From Pachysolen tannophilus NRRL Y-2460 (lineage: Eukaryota), in contig KV454012.1 in NCBI GenBank assembly GCA_001661245.1, forward strand, positions 1-64,000: a stretch of DNA of 64,000 nucleotides, written 5' to 3'. Within the stretch, counting starts at the first letter, position 1. Each line of letters begins with the position of its first letter. This document shows, in pieces, positions 44,807-56,142 of this stretch. A model generated the notes under the pieces. The model had not been told where the DNA came from and searched no databases. It saw only the letters and a list, made by a program, of their open reading frames with translations. A program made the translations under genes and the position numbers.

Positions 44807-46441
44807 TCAGTCATATTTAAAAGAATATTGCTTGATCAAGACACATTCACCTCCTCTTTCAAAAGGAATATTATATACATAAAAATTTCCTAGACTATCA
44901 GCTACCATGACGTAGCTATTATTTGAGTTGATTCCAACTACTGTTTTATAATTTGTATTGAGGTGGTTAGTACCACTTTCGATGATGTTACCATTACTTC
45001 CAACAATAGGTGATGACGATCCACTACCGGTATCATCCGGATTACCGTTGGTACCACCTTGGAGCTGTTGTTGTTGTTGTTGCTGCTGCTGCTGTAGGTT
45101 GTGCTGGTGGTGATGGTTGTTGTTGTTATAATGGTGGTGTGGTAATTTGATAAATGCAAAATCTCTTTTCGGTTCAAGCATAGATTGTACTTTAGTTGGT
45201 AAATAATTATTTAACTGGCCTTTAACATTTTTAGTTATATTTGATGATTTTGACCATAAATATTCAGATATTGAAGAAGATCTTCTCCCATTATGTTTCC
45301 CATCTTTAATATTTTTAGAATTTAAAATGTTTAGTAATTCTTGACTTTCAGATTCTGAAATTTGAGATTCTTGAGGTAAGACTCTTTCTTCTCTTTCCTC
45401 GTCATTATCGCCACCTGCAACTTCTGAGTTATTACCACCGGCTTCATCCTCTTCATTATTAGTACCTTCATCTCGTTCTTCATCACTATTAGTAGATACT
45501 TGAGAATTGCCCATTTTGAAAAGTTGTTTATTATTATTATTATCTTCATCTGTTAATTTAAAAATATGAATTGTTTCAGTTCCTGAACTAGAACATAATA
45601 AACTGCTATCACTATTGAAATTTAAAGAATGAATTGATGTACCATAAGAACCTCTTCTAAATTCATGTAATTTTTTCCCAGTAAAACAATTGAAAACTCT
45701 AATGATTGTACCTTTTGAAGAAGCTGTTGCAACTAAACGACCATCTTTTGAAAGAGCTATTGCAGCTAATGATGCCTTATGAGCTTGAATAACATTTACT
45801 GGTTGTATATTTAATGCATCAAATACAACTATACTTCCAGTAATTTGATTTGTATTTTTACCATGATTTGAATTACCACTATTATTAGTATCTGAATTAA
45901 ATGCATCTATATTTGAATTACTATGAGAAGAAGATAAATCAGAAGGAGATTCATTCCCATAAACATGAGTATTTGCAATTGATAAACTTGATGATGGGAA
46001 ACATAAAATTGAATTATCACTACTAGATAATGAAACAATAGCTTGTTTATTTGGTACAGTTTCTATAGTATGTAATAATTTCATACATGATACATCATAA
46101 ATATAGATTTGATCAAACAACACCACTATCAATCTTCTTCTATTCAATTTAACTGATAATATACTTGTTGGAAAAGTTAATTCACATATTATTGTTTTCC
46201 TTTTTGTATTTATAATTTTTAACCTTCTTATAGATGTTGATGGTTTATCTCCCAATCCAACAATGGCAATTAAAGAAGTGGCAAATAACATCTCCACAAT
46301 ACTAGCTCCACCATCATCACTCTTGATAAAACATTCTCCAAATGGATCACAATTATAAACTTTATAATTTGTTGAAGTACCTATTGCCAAACAACTAAAA
46401 TCTTGATTAAAAGTAACAGTCTTTATCGGATTATTATCCAT
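44807..46441 (-). CDS. ATG21: PROPPIN WD40 autophagy protein, most likely Atg21
   Basis: FNQDFSCL, YNCDPFGECF, VEMLFATSL, LKIINTKRK.ICELTFP, ATASSKGTIIRVF, FRRG. The N-terminal pattern and adjacency to MGR2 (S. cerevisiae ATG21 YPL100W / MGR2 YPL098C) favour Atg21 over Atg18. Confidence 0.75.
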   Translation of the reverse strand: MDNNPIKTVTFNQDFSCLAIGTSTNYKVYNCDPFGECFIKSDDGGASIVEMLFATSLIAIVGLGDKPSTSIRRLKIINTKRKTIICELTFPTSILSVKLNRRRLIVVLFDQIYIYDVSCMKLLHTIETVPNKQAIVSLSSSDNSILCFPSSSLSIANTHVYGNESPSDLSSSHSNSNIDAFNSDTNNSGNSNHGKNTNQITGSIVVFDALNIQPVNVIQAHKASLAAIALSKDGRLVATASSKGTIIRVFNCFTGKKLHEFRRGSYGTSIHSLNFNSDSSLLCSSSGTETIHIFKLTDEDNNNNKQLFKMGNSQVSTNSDEERDEGTNNEEDEAGGNNSEVAGGDNDEEREERVLPQESQISESESQELLNILNSKNIKDGKHNGRRSSSISEYLWSKSSNITKNVKGQLNNYLPTKVQSMLEPKRDFAFIKLPHHHYNNNNHHHQHNLQQQQQQQQQQLQGGTNGNPDDTGSGSSSPIVGSNGNIIESGTNHLNTNYKTVVGINSNNSYVMVADSLGNFYVYNIPFERGGECVLIKQYSFKYD

Positions 46442-46919
46442 CTTAAAAAATATTTTACAACCTCAATTCAGAATCCAATTATAGAAAATCAAAAAAGAAA
46501 AAAAAAAAATAACCAATACTAATGACAAAAATAATAATTTTTATATTAATACCCTAGTCAACTAGGCAAATATAATAATCTTATCAATTTAAGAGTTTTA
46601 CACTCTTTTTATTAATAAAGCGGTTAGATATGGTTAAAACATGTGTATATTTTCTTTTATAGATAAATATAAGAAAGAGAAATTGCTTCCTTTTTTGGTC
46701 ATTCCATACACTACTCTCCGGTTTTCTTTTCAAAAATTGAATAGCTTTTTAATTGATAAAATTCAAATAAATGTTAACATATATATATATACAAAAGGTT
46801 TAAAGAAGACAAAATAAAGAAAATGGATCAATAAGTAAGAGAATAATGAAAACGATACAAAAAAAAAAAAAAAAAATTAAAAGATTGGGTTCAATGGTAT
46901 ATGTTTTCAATTTCAAATT

Positions 46920-47249
46920 TCAAAATTTAAATTTTTTAATTTTTTTTTCAAATCTTTCAACTTGATATTTTGCCATCATTAGCGCTCTCATCTCATGAAG
47001 ATTCTTTGGTCTAAATCCATCCAGAGTATACATTCTTGGACCATTTTCTTCTTCGGACCTAATCACTGACCCAATAGACATAAATAAACCAAACGTGGCT
47101 GCAGAACCTGCAACGTACTGACCCAATGTTCTCATTACACCATTTGGACCTGGACCTTGTGTCAAGATCGCATAGCCTCCAAATAGCACACCAATAACCA
47201 CACCCACGGTTGTCTGTAAAAATTAAAAAAATTGAAAAAATTGTTAGTT

Positions 47250-47284
<35 letters not shown>

Positions 47285-47395
47285 AATATCATGACTTTTA
47301 AATTTTCTTTTTATACTTACTCCCATCATAGCTCCCATTTTAAATTTTTCAAAATTGGATTGCTGACCATACTGAACCTGCTGAACTGGAGGCAT
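46920..47395 (-). CDS. MGR2: TIM23 complex subunit Mgr2 (Romo1 family); two exons (47395-47321, 47213-46920), 122 aa
   Basis: Removing the intron 47320-47214 (GTAAGT...AACTAAC...TTTACAG) gives MPPVQ...[26 protein letters not shown]...[18 protein letters not shown]. Confidence 0.93.
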
Positions 47396-47802
47396 TTCTA
47401 ATAGCTAGTAACTTTAATTCTATTTTATCAATTTATTTAAATTATAATTATTCCATAACAATATTATTCTATAATCATTTCTATCACCAAAGTTTTTTCT
47501 CTCTTTCTCTTTTTTTGGGGGGAAAAAATTTATTTGATATTTATGTGCACGACTATTGTGTTTTTTAATTAATACTTTTTTTCTTTTGAGTGTTTCAATG
47601 GGTGAAAAGTGTGAACACAAAAAGCCAACAAGATAAATAATAGATATACATAGAAAGAAAAGAAAATAAAGAAACAAAGAAAAGAAAGGTTTAATTTGAT
47701 TTGAATTGTTTTGGAAATTGAAATTAGTTATTGGCGCTTTTTAAATTTTTGTAAATTTTTTTTCTTTTTTTCTTTGTTGTTGTGTGTGTGTGTGTTTCCA
47801 AT

Positions 47803-48663
47803 ATGTCACAATTGAGAGAACAACAAGTTCCAGTTTCAAAAGAAAAAGATCCAAATATTGAAGCTATTGCTTCTTATTTAAGGTATAATAAGATATTAAA
47901 ACAAAGACAAGGGAAATTGAATGGGGCTGCTGTTGATTTTTTCAGATTGAAAAGATGTCTAAGAGCTTTAACTGGTGAAGAATATATTAAAAATTCTAAA
48001 AAATATAAAATGCCAAATATAGATTTATTAAATAATGAAAAACAAGCTACACAAATTTTTATTCAATTAATTTCAAAACAATTAATTATACCAGTTAAAA
48101 AATTGAAAACATCAGAAGCTAAAAGACAAAATTTAAAACCAACAAAAAATTTACCATGTTTAATTAATACACAAAAGGCAATTTTATCACCAAATGAATA
48201 TTATTGTTGGAATTTTACACCACCAAACCCATGGTTACCATTTTATTCTATTTTAGGTTTAATAGTAATATTTGGTATTGTTTTATTCCCATTATGGCCA
48301 TTATTTTTAAGAAAAGGTGTTTGGTATATTTCAATGTTATTATTAGGTTTAATTGGATTATTTTTCATAATTGCAATTATAAGATTAATACTTTATTTAA
48401 TTATATTACCATTTGGTCTTAAATTTTGGATTTTCCCAAATTTATTTGAAGATTGTGGATTTTTCGATTCTTTTAAACCATTATATGGATTTGAAGGTGA
48501 ATCTAAAAAATTATCAAAGAAAAAATTACGTAAATCTAAACATCCAACAATTAATAATAAAGAAGAAGATTTAGGAAATTCTTCTGCTGTTAAATCATCA
48601 CAAAACAAAAAACTAGCCAAACGTACAAATAATGTCACTTTAGAAGAAGTTAAAGAAGACTAA
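47803..48663 (+). CDS. SEC62: Translocation protein Sec62
   Basis: ATG at 47803, 286 aa. LKQRQG, DFFRLKR..RAL, two TM segments with VLFPLWP...GVWY, FWIFPNLFEDCGFFDSFKPLY. Confidence 0.95.
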   Translation: MSQLREQQVPVSKEKDPNIEAIASYLRYNKILKQRQGKLNGAAVDFFRLKRCLRALTGEEYIKNSKKYKMPNIDLLNNEKQATQIFIQLISKQLIIPVKKLKTSEAKRQNLKPTKNLPCLINTQKAILSPNEYYCWNFTPPNPWLPFYSILGLIVIFGIVLFPLWPLFLRKGVWYISMLLLGLIGLFFIIAIIRLILYLIILPFGLKFWIFPNLFEDCGFFDSFKPLYGFEGESKKLSKKKLRKSKHPTINNKEEDLGNSSAVKSSQNKKLAKRTNNVTLEEVKED

Positions 48664-49026
48664 CTAGCTTAATCCTTTATTCTCCTTCTTTATTCTCCTT
48701 CCCCCTTCCCCCATACTCATCCCCCATTCCATCATATATAGAAAAGTGAATGAAATTTTACAAAAAAAAACAAAAAATTTATGAAGGAAAAGAAAAGGTG
48801 TGCGTTGTGTATCAAATATCTCGTTTAGGAAATATAAAATTTTTTTGTTGTTGTCCCATTTTAAATAAAATAAAAGAAATCTTTGATGATCTCTTTAAAA
48901 CTTCTTCTTGTCCTAATAATAATAATATCTTAATTGTTTCCTCTTAGTTTTCTAATCTCTGTTTTCTTTCTTTTTTTTTTCAGAGAGACTAGTTTGATCT
49001 CTTGAAGATCTGATTTACTGATTAAA

Positions 49027-51516
49027 ATGGTAAATGGTTTATCCGCTATAGTGTACGGTAATGATTCTGAAACAAATATTACAAATAAGTCTTTACCATT
49101 AGATGAGCAACTGATGAATATAAGGGTGAGTCCCAAGAAGAGGAAAAGAAGAAAGAAGAACAAAAAGCAAAACGTTGAAGCTTTGAATAATAATGATAAT
49201 GGCGGATTACTAGAAGTCGATGCAGAAGTCGATGCAGACGTCGATACAGAAGTGCGAGGCGAGCTGAAAAAAATAAATAAAAAGATAAAATTTGATTTGG
49301 ATAATAATGTTGAACCAAAAAAGAGAAATATTGATAAAGTAGATCAAAATAATGGTATTGTTTCTTCCAGTGAGATGATAAATAAGTATAGAAAGGATTC
49401 TGTTAATAATGAAACAAATTTTTTAAGGAAAATTTCAAATCATGTTAGGCTGCTGCCTAAAAATGTTGAATTTTTCAGTGATGAAGAAGATGATGAAGAT
49501 GATATAGACGATAGGTCGACACAACAGTTTTCACGTAAATCTATTGATGACTTGAAACGTCGAGCTCAAGATTTACTTAGTATTAGAGAAACGCTACCGG
49601 TTTATAAAGTCAAGAATAGTTTAATACCAAGGTTATTGCAAAATAAAGTAACCGTATTAATTGGTGAAACCGGTTCAGGAAAATCAACACAAATTCCTCA
49701 ATTTTTAATGGAACATTGTTCTAAAAAAAAGGGAATCGCTGTAACACAACCCAGAAGAGTTGCTGCCATAAATTTAGCTACTCGTGTTGCAGAAGAATAT
49801 GGATGTCTTACAGGTGATGAAGTTGGTTATTCTGTTAGATTTCAACATTTATCCAATTCTAAAACCAAACTAAAATATCTCACTGATGGTATGTTATTGA
49901 GAGAATTAATGTTAGATAAAAAATTATCTCAATATGATACCATTATTATTGATGAAGCTCATGAAAGAACTATATTAACTGATTTATTATTGGGATTTTT
50001 GAAAAAATTATTAGAAGAAAGATCAAATGATAATTTTAAAATAATAATTATGTCTGCTACTATTAATGCTGAATATTTTGCAGATTTCTTTGGAGGTTGT
50101 GAAATATTATACGTTGAGGGGAAAATGTACCCTGTTGAACAGTTTTACCTTCCAAAATCTACTGAAGATATTGTTGATACAATGGCAAAATCCATAATTC
50201 AATTAAATTTATCGGAATCTGAAGGTGATATATTGGCTTTTTTACCAGGTCAAGAAGATATCGATAAAACGGTAGCAACTTTGAATAAATTAGCCCCTGA
50301 TTTACCCAAAATTGCACCTTATATAATTGCATTACCCTTATATGCAGCGTTACCATCTTCCCAGCAGGTTAAAATTTTTCAACCTGTAAAGAAAAATCAA
50401 CGTAAAGTTATTGTTGCAACAAATATAGCAGAAACCTCCATTACAATACCAGGGATCAAATATGTCATAGATTCAGGTTTAAGAAAAATTAAGGCATGGA
50501 AACACGAATTAGGGTTATCTACATTGCTTACTGCTCCAATTTCTCAAGCATCGGCAACACAAAGAAGCGGTCGTGCTGGAAGAGAGTCATCAGGAAAATG
50601 TTTTAGACTCTATACTGAAAAAGATTATTTTAAACTTCCTGAACAAACTGATGCTGAGATCGTTAGGTCTGATATCATTTCACCTGTTTTAATTTTGAAA
50701 AAAATGAGAGTCAACAACTTATTTGACTGGCCATGGTTAGAACACCCAGGTGAAAAACCATTGAGCTCTGCAATGTTTCAATTATTATCCCTAGGTGCCT
50801 TGGACTATAATACGGGGGAAATTACGGAATTAGGAGAGAAAATGGCAGTGTTACCATTACAACCACACTTGTCGGCAGTTTTAATCACAGCCAACTCTTA
50901 TGGAGTTTTATCTCCAGTAATTGATATTGTTTCATGTTTGTCTGTAGACAATTTAATATTAACCCCTTCAAATGAAAGAAGAGATGAAGTAAACGAAAGA
51001 AGAAGAAATGCATGCCCATTGGCTAGTAGATACGGTGATTTGATAATGTTAAAAGAGTTATTTGATATATATTTGAGTATTAATGATACTCAGGAAAGAA
51101 AGAAATGGTGTAAAGAATTGGATATTTCTTTTAAAAATTTTAAAAACGTTTTACGAGTTAGAAAACAATTGAGAGAATATATGAAGACTCTTCACTTAAA
51201 GGAAAAGAACTTATTTGAAAATGAAGAAGAAAACACTCCTTTAGATATTAAATCCACGTTAAAATCGTTCTTGAAAGGTTTTATAACTAATACAGCAATA
51301 GGTATGCCTGATAGATCATACAGAACTGTTGTTGGAGGGAATTTGATATCTGTGCATCCCTCTTCTATGATTTTTGGACAAAAAAATGATGCAATCATGT
51401 ACATTGAATATGTGTTTACTACGAAAGGATACGGAAGAAATGTTAGTGTAATAGAACTAGACTGGTTACAAGAAATTTCACCAAACTTGTTGGGAACTAG
51501 AATCAGTGTTAACTAA
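49027..51516 (+). CDS. DHR2: DEAH-box RNA helicase Dhr2
   Basis: GETGSGKSTQIPQF, TQPRRVAA, DEAHERT, MSAT, ATNIAETS, QRSGRAGR. W.HELGLSTLLT.PISQASA and GMPDRSYRT are Dhr2-type as recalled. Confidence 0.88.
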   Translation: MVNGLSAIVYGNDSETNITNKSLPLDEQLMNIRVSPKKRKRRKKNKKQNVEALNNNDNGGLLEVDAEVDADVDTEVRGELKKINKKIKFDLDNNVEPKKRNIDKVDQNNGIVSSSEMINKYRKDSVNNETNFLRKISNHVRLLPKNVEFFSDEEDDEDDIDDRSTQQFSRKSIDDLKRRAQDLLSIRETLPVYKVKNSLIPRLLQNKVTVLIGETGSGKSTQIPQFLMEHCSKKKGIAVTQPRRVAAINLATRVAEEYGCLTGDEVGYSVRFQHLSNSKTKLKYLTDGMLLRELMLDKKLSQYDTIIIDEAHERTILTDLLLGFLKKLLEERSNDNFKIIIMSATINAEYFADFFGGCEILYVEGKMYPVEQFYLPKSTEDIVDTMAKSIIQLNLSESEGDILAFLPGQEDIDKTVATLNKLAPDLPKIAPYIIALPLYAALPSSQQVKIFQPVKKNQRKVIVATNIAETSITIPGIKYVIDSGLRKIKAWKHELGLSTLLTAPISQASATQRSGRAGRESSGKCFRLYTEKDYFKLPEQTDAEIVRSDIISPVLILKKMRVNNLFDWPWLEHPGEKPLSSAMFQLLSLGALDYNTGEITELGEKMAVLPLQPHLSAVLITANSYGVLSPVIDIVSCLSVDNLILTPSNERRDEVNERRRNACPLASRYGDLIMLKELFDIYLSINDTQERKKWCKELDISFKNFKNVLRVRKQLREYMKTLHLKEKNLFENEEENTPLDIKSTLKSFLKGFITNTAIGMPDRSYRTVVGGNLISVHPSSMIFGQKNDAIMYIEYVFTTKGYGRNVSVIELDWLQEISPNLLGTRISVN

Positions 51517-51522
51517 GTGGTC

Positions 51523-51561
<39 letters not shown>

Positions 51562-52078
51562 GTCATATCCTATAAGTCGTTTAAAAATGACTGAACAAAT
51601 TAGAGTCTTCAAATGCACCATTGAATCAATCACTTAACATTCCAAGCTATTTGATTAGTAAGATTTGAAATACAATCCAATGGTGAACTTTCTTCTGTAC
51701 CTTTGATTCGAGATTACCTAGTCTAATATTTGGATGGATGCTAGTGTTAGATTTCTTGCTGTCGGACAACAATTGTTCAACTATTTCCGTTAATTCCCTC
51801 ATTTTGAAGTCAAAAAGTTAAGAGGAAAGGGTTTAGCTTTTAAACAAATACGCTTTATATTTACACAAATGAATTGGATGTCTTTGATATGTTCCCGCAA
51901 AAACCTTCAGCGAAGGGACTGTGACTGTGAGTTTTTGAACAGGTAATCAAAACGTATATAATGCTGTCTTTAGCAACTCTGTGATTAATTTTTTTTTTCT
52001 TTTCGAATAATAAAACAAAAAATACGAAAAGCCAAATCACAGCTTGAAAACAAAAAGAACAAAAAGATTACTAACTCA

Positions 52079-53176
52079 ATGTCAATACCAACTTCTATCG
52101 ATAGAATCGTCATTAAAAACAGAATCTCTAGGAATGACAGCGACGTAATCATTCATTTTGGTCAAAAAGACTCGACGTTTGAATTTGTGACAGTTCCTTT
52201 TAATCCGAACTTTCTCAAACACGGTGAAATCTTGATCAAACCAATTTATTTTAGTAATGATCCAATGCAGAAATCATGGCTAGTCAACTGGTCTCCTGAT
52301 GAACTTAAAAGGTCTCCATTGCCAGCTCTACCACTTGGTCAGCCATTGATAAGTGATGGTATTGCGGAAGTTATCTTATCAAAGTCATCTAAATTTGCAG
52401 TCGGTGATAAAGTTTCTGGTCTTATGAATTGGAGTACTTATTGTGTTGTTTCTGAATCCAGTAGAATCAACAAAATCAATGAATCTTTTGGTTTACCTTT
52501 GACTTTATATTTATCTGCTCTTGGTTTGACAGGTCTTACTGCTTATTTTGGCATCAAAGAAACTTGCAAGGTCAAAGAAACTGATATTGTTGTTATCTCT
52601 GGAGCTTCAGGTGCGACTGGTTCTATTGCTGTTCAAATTGCCAAGAAAATGTGCAAGGCAAAGAAAGTCATTGGTATTGCGGGCACAAAGGAAAAATGTG
52701 AATGGGTTAAATCACTTGGTGCTGATGCTTGTATTGATTATTGTGATCCAAATTTCGAAAATAATTTTTCGAAAGAATTAGGTGATGATGAAGTTGATAT
52801 TTTTTATGACCTAGTTGGTGGTAAAATTTTGAATTTTTTATTTACTAAAGTTAAGAAACATGGTAAAATTGTCTCTGCAGGTGCGATTACTTTACTTTCA
52901 AATATTGATGAAATGAAGCTTACTAATTGGATAAATGTTATTGTCAAAGATTTTACAATTCAAGGTTTTCTTTTAAGTGATCATATGGCCAACGTATCAA
53001 CCGCTCTTATGGATATAATAGGCAGTATCAAATCAAACTTGATTAAAACAGATGATATTGTTCACGTTTATGACTTGTCTAAAGATAAAAATGATTTTAA
53101 GAAAATTCCCGAAACTTGGAATCAGTTTCTCTCTCATTCAAGCCCTAAAGGTAAGACAGTTATCAAAGTAGCATAA
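52079..53176 (+). CDS. NADP-dependent MDR oxidoreductase (prostaglandin reductase / 2-alkenal reductase-like)
   Basis: YFSNDPMQ..W, LSALGLTGLTAYFG, VISGASGATGSIAVQIAK, VIGIAGT.EKC, DIFYDLVGG. Confidence 0.9.
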   Translation: MSIPTSIDRIVIKNRISRNDSDVIIHFGQKDSTFEFVTVPFNPNFLKHGEILIKPIYFSNDPMQKSWLVNWSPDELKRSPLPALPLGQPLISDGIAEVILSKSSKFAVGDKVSGLMNWSTYCVVSESSRINKINESFGLPLTLYLSALGLTGLTAYFGIKETCKVKETDIVVISGASGATGSIAVQIAKKMCKAKKVIGIAGTKEKCEWVKSLGADACIDYCDPNFENNFSKELGDDEVDIFYDLVGGKILNFLFTKVKKHGKIVSAGAITLLSNIDEMKLTNWINVIVKDFTIQGFLLSDHMANVSTALMDIIGSIKSNLIKTDDIVHVYDLSKDKNDFKKIPETWNQFLSHSSPKGKTVIKVA

Positions 53177-53575
53177 CTTCAAACCAAAATTTCTTTTATA
53201 TGGACTACTTACTACTTTTCGATTTTTTTAATGATATTACTTATTACTTCTACGAAACAGCCTTTTCGTTGGCTTCTTTTCCTTTTTTTTCTTCTTCTTT
53301 TTTTTTTTAATTTGAAAAGAATGGTTTATTCAAAGAGACAGAATCAACCAACTAGTTGCCGTTATTCGCATTTTTATTCTCAATATATAATTTATAATCT
53401 TCATTTATTCACCTTGGATTGAGCCTATTTTCGTTATAAACCACAAAGCAAAGTCGTTTAGAATCAATCAAAATCTAGTTAAATAAGAAATTTGTTTAGT
53501 ACCACAATTAATCTCATCTTGTACCATAAATCAATAGTACTGAGTTAATTGGTATTATATAAGATAGATGTTAAC

Positions 53576-54850
53576 ATGGGGATGGTAATTCCGTTAAAGG
53601 CTAAGTTAGGTCTTGGTATAATTGTTGGTTATGCCACATATACGGCATATATTTCTATTAGGACGAATTTAGAAATCAATAGGAGATCTAAGCTATTTGG
53701 CGCTAAGGCTGAGAGAAGTTCAGATGATGACAATGAAGAATCAAATGTTCCATTGAAATTTGAAGTTTTGAATATAGGTGGTAGGTTTGAAAATCCATTT
53801 CCTGAGTATAGGCTGCAAAGCTTGTTTGAGTTTGTGCTTTCTAGAATATTGGAATTATTTGAAGGTAGATCTCGAGGTAAATTACCTAAATCCAATGAAG
53901 TTTTAAGAGAATTATTACCAGTTTATAAACCAAATTTTCAACTTTTATTTAATAATTCTGATAGTAAGGAATCGGAGTTCATTAAAAATTTACCACCTTT
54001 GTGCGATCGGTTGACTTTTACCTGGTTAGGTCAAAGCTGTTCTTATTTCCAATTATCGAATATATCATTTTTAACTGATCCAATTTTTGAAGATTATATA
54101 ATAAACAAGACCATTGGTCCCAAGAGGATCACTCCTTCGCCTTGTAAGTTGAATGAATTACCAGTGCCAGATTTTGTAATGGTTTCTCATAATCATCCTG
54201 ATCATTTGGAAGAAGCAAGTATTAAAGAAATTGGTAATAAATCGACATGGATTGTTCCACTTGGTTTAAAAAAATATTTGGCTAGAAGAGGAATATACAA
54301 GACTTTAGAAATGTCATGGTGGGAAAGACAGCCTATAGATATTAAAAATAATAATAATAACGACAAGTATGAAATTGTTTGTCTACCAGCATTACATTGG
54401 TCTGGACGCTACGTATATGATTCCAACTCCTCATTATGGTGTTCTTTTTTAATTTTGAAAAATGGGAAATCTATATTTTACCATGCTGGTGATACAGGTT
54501 ATTCTAAAGAATTATTTAAAGAAATATACAAGATTTACGGACCAACCAAGTTCTCAATGCTTCCCATTGGCCAGTATTGCCCCCAATGGCACCAGAAATC
54601 AAGGCATATTACCCCTGAAGAAGCCGTAAAGATAATGGATGATATGCATAGTGAGAAAATTGTTGGTGTTCATTGGGGTACTTTTATATTAAGTAGTGAA
54701 TGGTTCTTGGAACCAAAAGTATTATTTGAAAAATTTGCCAGAGATTTAAATAAACAAGATGATATTCTTGTTCCTAAATTTGGTGAAACTTTTTGTGTTG
54801 ATATAAATTCTTCATCAAAGAATAAGGAAGATATCGAGATACAAAAGTGA
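53576..54850 (+). CDS. FMP30: NAPE-PLD-like metallo-beta-lactamase (mitochondrial Fmp30)
   Basis: GRFENPF.EYR, TWLGQSC, LTDPIF, VSHNHPDHLE, PALHWSGR, YHAGDTGY, GVHWGTF. First ATG is at 53576. Confidence 0.88.
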   Translation: MGMVIPLKAKLGLGIIVGYATYTAYISIRTNLEINRRSKLFGAKAERSSDDDNEESNVPLKFEVLNIGGRFENPFPEYRLQSLFEFVLSRILELFEGRSRGKLPKSNEVLRELLPVYKPNFQLLFNNSDSKESEFIKNLPPLCDRLTFTWLGQSCSYFQLSNISFLTDPIFEDYIINKTIGPKRITPSPCKLNELPVPDFVMVSHNHPDHLEEASIKEIGNKSTWIVPLGLKKYLARRGIYKTLEMSWWERQPIDIKNNNNNDKYEIVCLPALHWSGRYVYDSNSSLWCSFLILKNGKSIFYHAGDTGYSKELFKEIYKIYGPTKFSMLPIGQYCPQWHQKSRHITPEEAVKIMDDMHSEKIVGVHWGTFILSSEWFLEPKVLFEKFARDLNKQDDILVPKFGETFCVDINSSSKNKEDIEIQK

Positions 54851-54999
54851 TCAATACATTAGCATTGTTTTATTCGTTTTTCAATAGAATCTATATATAT
54901 ATATATAAAATGATTTTATAAGTATTTTTTGTATGTTCAATATATTTATATATACATTAAAAGCTCTATAAGTGCTCTCTCTATTTTTTTTTTATTCTT

Positions 55000-55935
55000 T
55001 CAAATTTTAATGTCTTTTGCAGCTTTTACAAACTCTTGAAATACTTCATCTTTTATTCCGTATTCATGTTTTTTCTCAGGGTATTCTCTATTCTTAACTT
55101 CATTACCATACTTGTTTAAAGCTTCTAATCCTTTCCCATAAAAATTTTCATATTGTTTTAAAAACTTTGGAATTCTTTCAGATTCTGAACACCCTAAGAG
55201 ATCACCTTGTACTAATACTTGTCCACTTGTTGAATTTCCAGCTCCAATACCTATGGTTGGAACACTTATATTTTCAGTAATAAATTTAGCCAATTTTGAA
55301 GGAATACATTCTAATACTAACAACGACACTCCCAAACGATTTAAAAAACAAGCTTCTTTATAAATTTCCAAAGCATCCTTCAATGCTTGTCCTTGAACTT
55401 TAAAACCAGAAGTTTTGCTAAACCTTTGAGGTTTTAAACCTATGTGACCGGTAACAGGAATACCTATATCTATTAATCTCTTAATCTCTTTCTCATATTC
55501 GTATGAACCTTCAATTTTGATAGACTGTATCTTACCCAATTTCATCAATTTAATAGAGTTATCAATACATTGAGCTGTAGAGCTTTCAAAACTACCATAT
55601 GGTAAATCGCAAATCAAAAATTTCTTTGAGACACCTCTAGTAACAGCTTTCGATAAGTAATAAAATTCTTCAAATGAAATCTCTAAAGTAGAATTATAAC
55701 CTAAAGAAACCATCGAAAGTGAATCCCCAATAAGAATCATATCTATATTACTAGCATTATCTGCAATCTTTGCCGTTATATAATCATGAGCTGTAATACA
55801 TGTCAATGGAACCTTATTCTGGTATAAATTATAGATCTCTGATAAAGTTGTCTGTCCCACCCTCTGACTATGAGAAGAATACTTCCGTAATCTAGAAAAA
55901 TAACCAACACTCTTCGAAACAGAGTTCCTAAACAT
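55000..55935 (-). CDS. ECM31: Ketopantoate hydroxymethyltransferase (PanB), mitochondrial
   Basis: ITAHDY, LIGDSLSMV.LGY, DLPYGSFE, IKIEG, GHIGLKPQ, VPTIGIGAG..TSGQVLV; basic presequence. Confidence 0.95.
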   Translation of the reverse strand: MFRNSVSKSVGYFSRLRKYSSHSQRVGQTTLSEIYNLYQNKVPLTCITAHDYITAKIADNASNIDMILIGDSLSMVSLGYNSTLEISFEEFYYLSKAVTRGVSKKFLICDLPYGSFESSTAQCIDNSIKLMKLGKIQSIKIEGSYEYEKEIKRLIDIGIPVTGHIGLKPQRFSKTSGFKVQGQALKDALEIYKEACFLNRLGVSLLVLECIPSKLAKFITENISVPTIGIGAGNSTSGQVLVQGDLLGCSESERIPKFLKQYENFYGKGLEALNKYGNEVKNREYPEKKHEYGIKDEVFQEFVKAAKDIKI

Positions 55936-56142
55936 CTTCTATTCTCTCACAATAGAAATCAATTCAAACTTTTTGATCAAGTCGTTTTAAACAATGATTC
56001 ATTCGTATAGTAAATTTTTGGATCTACTGTTGAAAAGAAAAAGGTGAAAAAAAAATGAAAAAAAAAACTTGTGGTGAAAAATTCGAAAAATGTACCAAAA
56101 ACTAACGAGTTGATGATACTAACAATTCAATAAATATTGAAG

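Noticed and set aside
56100..56142. TACTAAC followed by AG just upstream of the MSY1 ATG (possible 5' UTR intron)
   Set aside because: No convincing GTATGT/GTAAGT/GTGAGT donor in the ~200-bp divergent promoter.
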